Of a stretch of 64,000 bases of DNA, positions 61,745 through 64,000 are shown piece after piece. Within the stretch, counting starts at the first letter, position 1. Each line of letters opens with the position of its first letter. The notes under the pieces are model-generated. The model made no database searches and was not told the origin of the DNA. It saw only the letters and a program-made list of their open reading frames with translations. This stretch comes from a virus. The stretch covers positions 1 to 64,000 of the IMG/VR virus record IMGVR_UViG_3300045988_173726; one strand, given 5' to 3'. The translations under genes and the position numbers were made by a program.

Positions 61745-61971
61745 AGTTTTTAACAGTCCTATACAGATGTATTCAACGCAAGACAGTTGAGCATCTCCCT
61801 TTAGGGCTAAGTTTATTATCAGAAGTTTTGACAACAATTCTCATTGTGTGGCTACGGTCGAAATGAGATGAGTCAGAGTGGAGTAGGTTAACCGTAAGAC
61901 CTTGAGTTGAAAAACTCTAAAATTGAGCTAGAGATGTGGATTTCTTAATTTTCGTGTTTTCTAGTTACGGT
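61745..61971 (+). ncRNA. omega-RNA-like conserved 3' tail of element copy 3
   Basis: It has the same conserved blocks as copies 1 and 2. The terminal hairpin is ATGTGGA/TTCGTGT (61934-61957, several G-U pairs). Confidence 0.5.
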
Positions 61972-62052
61972 CGAGGGAAGTAGTGTCGGCGGCGAGCGTA
62001 CCGGTGGGTTTAACAGCACTGTAGATAGATAAGAGAGGGAAGCGAGGTAGAG

Positions 62053-62433
62053 ATGAGCAATCTTGACAGGATATTAAAGAGTAAACTAAGCAGTTCGCCA
62101 AGTAAGATGCATGTGCTGTTTCGGAAGGTAGTTCGGACAGCAGATTATGAGACAGAGACGGTGGAGTTGTCGAGTGATATAGAGCTTGACAGCGAGGTAA
62201 GTGAGATAGAGAGAGCGGTTATATTCAATCTGCTTACGGCTTCTACGGAGTATACGCTGTTGTCGCACTTGTATGTTAAGGGGACGCTTAGTAAAGAGGA
62301 CTTTGTGTCTGGGAGAGACGGGTTAGAGAAGTCGTCCGAGGCGATACTTCGTAAGTACGAGTCGGTAACAGGTGAGAGCAGGGATAAAATTCTAGGAAGG
62401 CTGTCAGATGGAGGCGAAGAAGCTAGCGAGTGA
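62053..62433 (+). CDS. Hypothetical protein
   Basis: 126-aa ORF with RBS GAGGTAGAG. No recognisable motif. Confidence 0.55.
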   Translation: MSNLDRILKSKLSSSPSKMHVLFRKVVRTADYETETVELSSDIELDSEVSEIERAVIFNLLTASTEYTLLSHLYVKGTLSKEDFVSGRDGLEKSSEAILRKYESVTGESRDKILGRLSDGGEEASE

Positions 62434-62680
62434 TTGCATTAAGATATACGGAGACTGGATGTTTGACTATGTAGCGGGTATTGGTTACGAGGTATCGGGG
62501 AATAATAGCGAGTTACAGTTTATTCCGAGGTTCTGGGTATCAAAGCACGAGAGCGGAGATAGACTTCCAGATGGCTGTATCGAGATACCGAGTGACGAGT
62601 ACGGGTATAGTTGTAAAGGTAGCGTGCCGTTTGGTGTGATACGGAAGAGTATCGAGGTAATGCAAGCGAAAGGTAGATAG
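62408..62680 (+). CDS. Hypothetical protein
   Basis: 90-aa ORF overlapping the upstream gene by 26 nt. No recognisable motif. Confidence 0.5.
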   Translation: MEAKKLASDCIKIYGDWMFDYVAGIGYEVSGNNSELQFIPRFWVSKHESGDRLPDGCIEIPSDEYGYSCKGSVPFGVIRKSIEVMQAKGR

Positions 62681-62683
62681 TTT

Positions 62684-63499
62684 ATGAGCGGTGAGGCGTT
62701 AAGTGGTAGGGTAAAAGTCGAGAGTGTGCTAAGAGAGAGGCGTATTTTTCGACAGAGACTTACAGCTTATGTGCAGGAACTCATAAAGAACAGCGATACC
62801 TCTAAAATCGAAGAGTTTGCGAAACTTCGGAAGATGTACACAGGGGCTATCTACAGTGCAAATATTTTTTATATCAAGGATTATGTAGATTTGCTTTTGC
62901 CCGACTATCTGGATGATTTAGAGTCATTCGGGGTCATCTCGGCAAACGGGAAGCCAATCTATCATGAGCGTTGGATAATCCCGATATATGACAGTGAGGG
63001 GCTTGTGCAGGGGCTTGTAGGGTATAGTCCCGTATCGAACGAGCGCTATGTTTACGCGGTAACGGAGTATTATCTGCGCGGGGACACGCTTTGGGGCTTA
63101 GAGCGGTTAAATCGGGCATATGAACTCGGGTATGCAATCCTAACGGAGGGTATAACGGATGCCTTGCACATACGGTCATTGGGTTACGAGCCAGTATTTG
63201 CGATGTGTGGGACTCGGAAGAGTGCCATAAGTATGTTTGAGTTAAATAGGTGTAGATACGGGATAGTACGGATTCCCGACAGGGACATAGCGGGGATGAA
63301 AGCCGTTAGGTCTTGGGAGACGAATCGGTATGTAACGCTGACAACGCCTATTAACTATAAAGATGCAGATGAGACTTTGCGGGAAAGTGAGGACAACGGG
63401 GAATGCTTTAGAGGGTATTTAGACTTGTGTATCGGTTGGTTGATGGAAAAAGAGCATAAAGGAGAGAAGAGCGAGAAAGAGAAGATTTGTATGATTTGA
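62684..63499 (+). CDS. Stand-alone DnaG-type primase catalytic core (RNA-polymerase + Toprim domains, no zinc finger)
   Basis: Motifs: WIIPIYDSEGLVQGLVGYSP (DnaG RNA-polymerase-domain pattern), AILTEGITDALH (Toprim ExxxD), IPDRDIAGMKA (DxD). Confidence 0.7.
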   Translation: MSGEALSGRVKVESVLRERRIFRQRLTAYVQELIKNSDTSKIEEFAKLRKMYTGAIYSANIFYIKDYVDLLLPDYLDDLESFGVISANGKPIYHERWIIPIYDSEGLVQGLVGYSPVSNERYVYAVTEYYLRGDTLWGLERLNRAYELGYAILTEGITDALHIRSLGYEPVFAMCGTRKSAISMFELNRCRYGIVRIPDRDIAGMKAVRSWETNRYVTLTTPINYKDADETLRESEDNGECFRGYLDLCIGWLMEKEHKGEKSEKEKICMI

Positions 63500-63574
63500 G
63501 AGAGTAGAGAAGATTAAGTAGAGAGACTAAGAGTTTAACAGAGAGATTGATTTAGATTAAAGGAGAATAAGACC

Positions 63575-64000
63575 ATGAAGAACCCATTTCTTAAAGTAGC
63601 ATCCATGAGTAGCAACCTTCGTTCGTTCATTGACGACAATACCTACAACTCGCTCAAGTATTCTGGCGAGTCGGGTCTTGTAAATACGATTTATTTCCCG
63701 TATCACGAGGTACCTGACGCGGAGACAGGCGAGCTTAAGAAGGAGCTGATTGCTCTTTCTGCCAAGACGCATTCTTGGGAGAGCTATGACGCGACAGGTA
63801 AGAAGTCCTTCGGCTCAACGGTTTGTACGGAGGGCGCACCGATTATCACGGATGCAGAAGGTCATATCATGTCGGATGGTATTTGTCCGATTTGTGCTAG
63901 AGAGCGTGATAGCAGGGCTATCTTTGACTATCGCCGTGCGCTTCTGGACGGACAGTATGGCGGTGTTCCTGCGGAGGGTACAAAAGAGCGAAAGGATTAT
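63575..64000 (+). CDS. gp32-like single-stranded DNA-binding protein, 3' end beyond the window (not in the supplied ORF track)
   Basis: ATG 63575 is preceded by AAGGAG, and the frame stays open to nt 64000 (142 codons). The pattern H-x17-C-x20-C-x2-C (THSWESYDATGKKSFGSTVCTEG...DGICPIC) and VNTIYFPY recall the T4 gp32 zinc site and N-terminal strand. Confidence 0.45.
   Translation, partial: MKNPFLKVASMSSNLRSFIDDNTYNSLKYSGESGLVNTIYFPYHEVPDAETGELKKELIALSAKTHSWESYDATGKKSFGSTVCTEGAPIITDAEGHIMSDGICPICARERDSRAIFDYRRALLDGQYGGVPAEGTKERKDY

Larger units (their letters stand above)
60311..61971 (+). mobile_element. TnpB-only IS200/IS605-like element, copy 3 (complete)
   Basis: Left homology with copy 2 begins near GTTTCAAACAATATAGAAGAA, 14 nt after the upstream stop. 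Right homology ends at TTACGGT (61971). Confidence 0.7.

Noticed and set aside
61972-62025. Open frame after element copy 3 (LRSREVVSAASVPVGLTAL*) as a displaced gene end like those after copies 1 and 2.
   Set aside because: The upstream gene already ends 14 nt before the element, and the short peptide matches nothing in the window. It is probably non-coding.

Overview
This is a phage-like (or phage-plasmid-like) 64-kb segment. Every credible gene lies on the + strand, and the minus-strand ORFs in the track look like antisense shadows.

Layout by position:
(1) 1-16 kb: a tandem array of at least 11 diverged paralogs (about 330-560 aa). They share an N-terminal module, a conserved (K/R)LTGxDC...GVxxY...VLDxSxC core and cysteine-containing leucine-rich repeats. 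The array carries three lesions: an IS-severed remnant, a 1-nt frameshift and an in-frame TGA.
(2) 16-20.6 kb: a guanylate-kinase-like gene, a Pif1/RecD-like helicase and small unknowns.
(3) 20.6-29.7 kb accessory island: a Cys/Gly-rich membrane peptide, a McrB/McrC-like pair, an AAA+ ATPase, a class A PBP with a long charged tail, a wall-binding-repeat protein and a lipoprotein.
(4) 29.7-46.7 kb replication and regulation: a stand-alone CHC2 primase zinc-finger gene, a Dam-type methylase, two paralogous ~540-aa proteins, a HolA-like protein, two sigma-like proteins and a family A DNA polymerase.
(5) 46.7-64 kb: BspA-type LRR proteins, four membrane proteins, large unknowns, a stand-alone Toprim primase core and the start of a gp32-like SSB.

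Superimposed on this are three diverged copies of a TnpB-only IS200/IS605-like element. Its TnpB-like protein keeps the RuvC-I Asp and RuvC-II Glu but has no third Asp and no zinc finger. Each copy carries a conserved, structured ~230-nt 3' tail (omega-RNA-like) followed by a different flank.

A family of conserved intergenic modules and several promoter classes are also visible. I found no tRNA, rRNA, CRISPR array, integrase, reverse transcriptase or recognisable virion structural gene. All similarity statements are by-eye motif recognition; no searches or computed statistics were possible.
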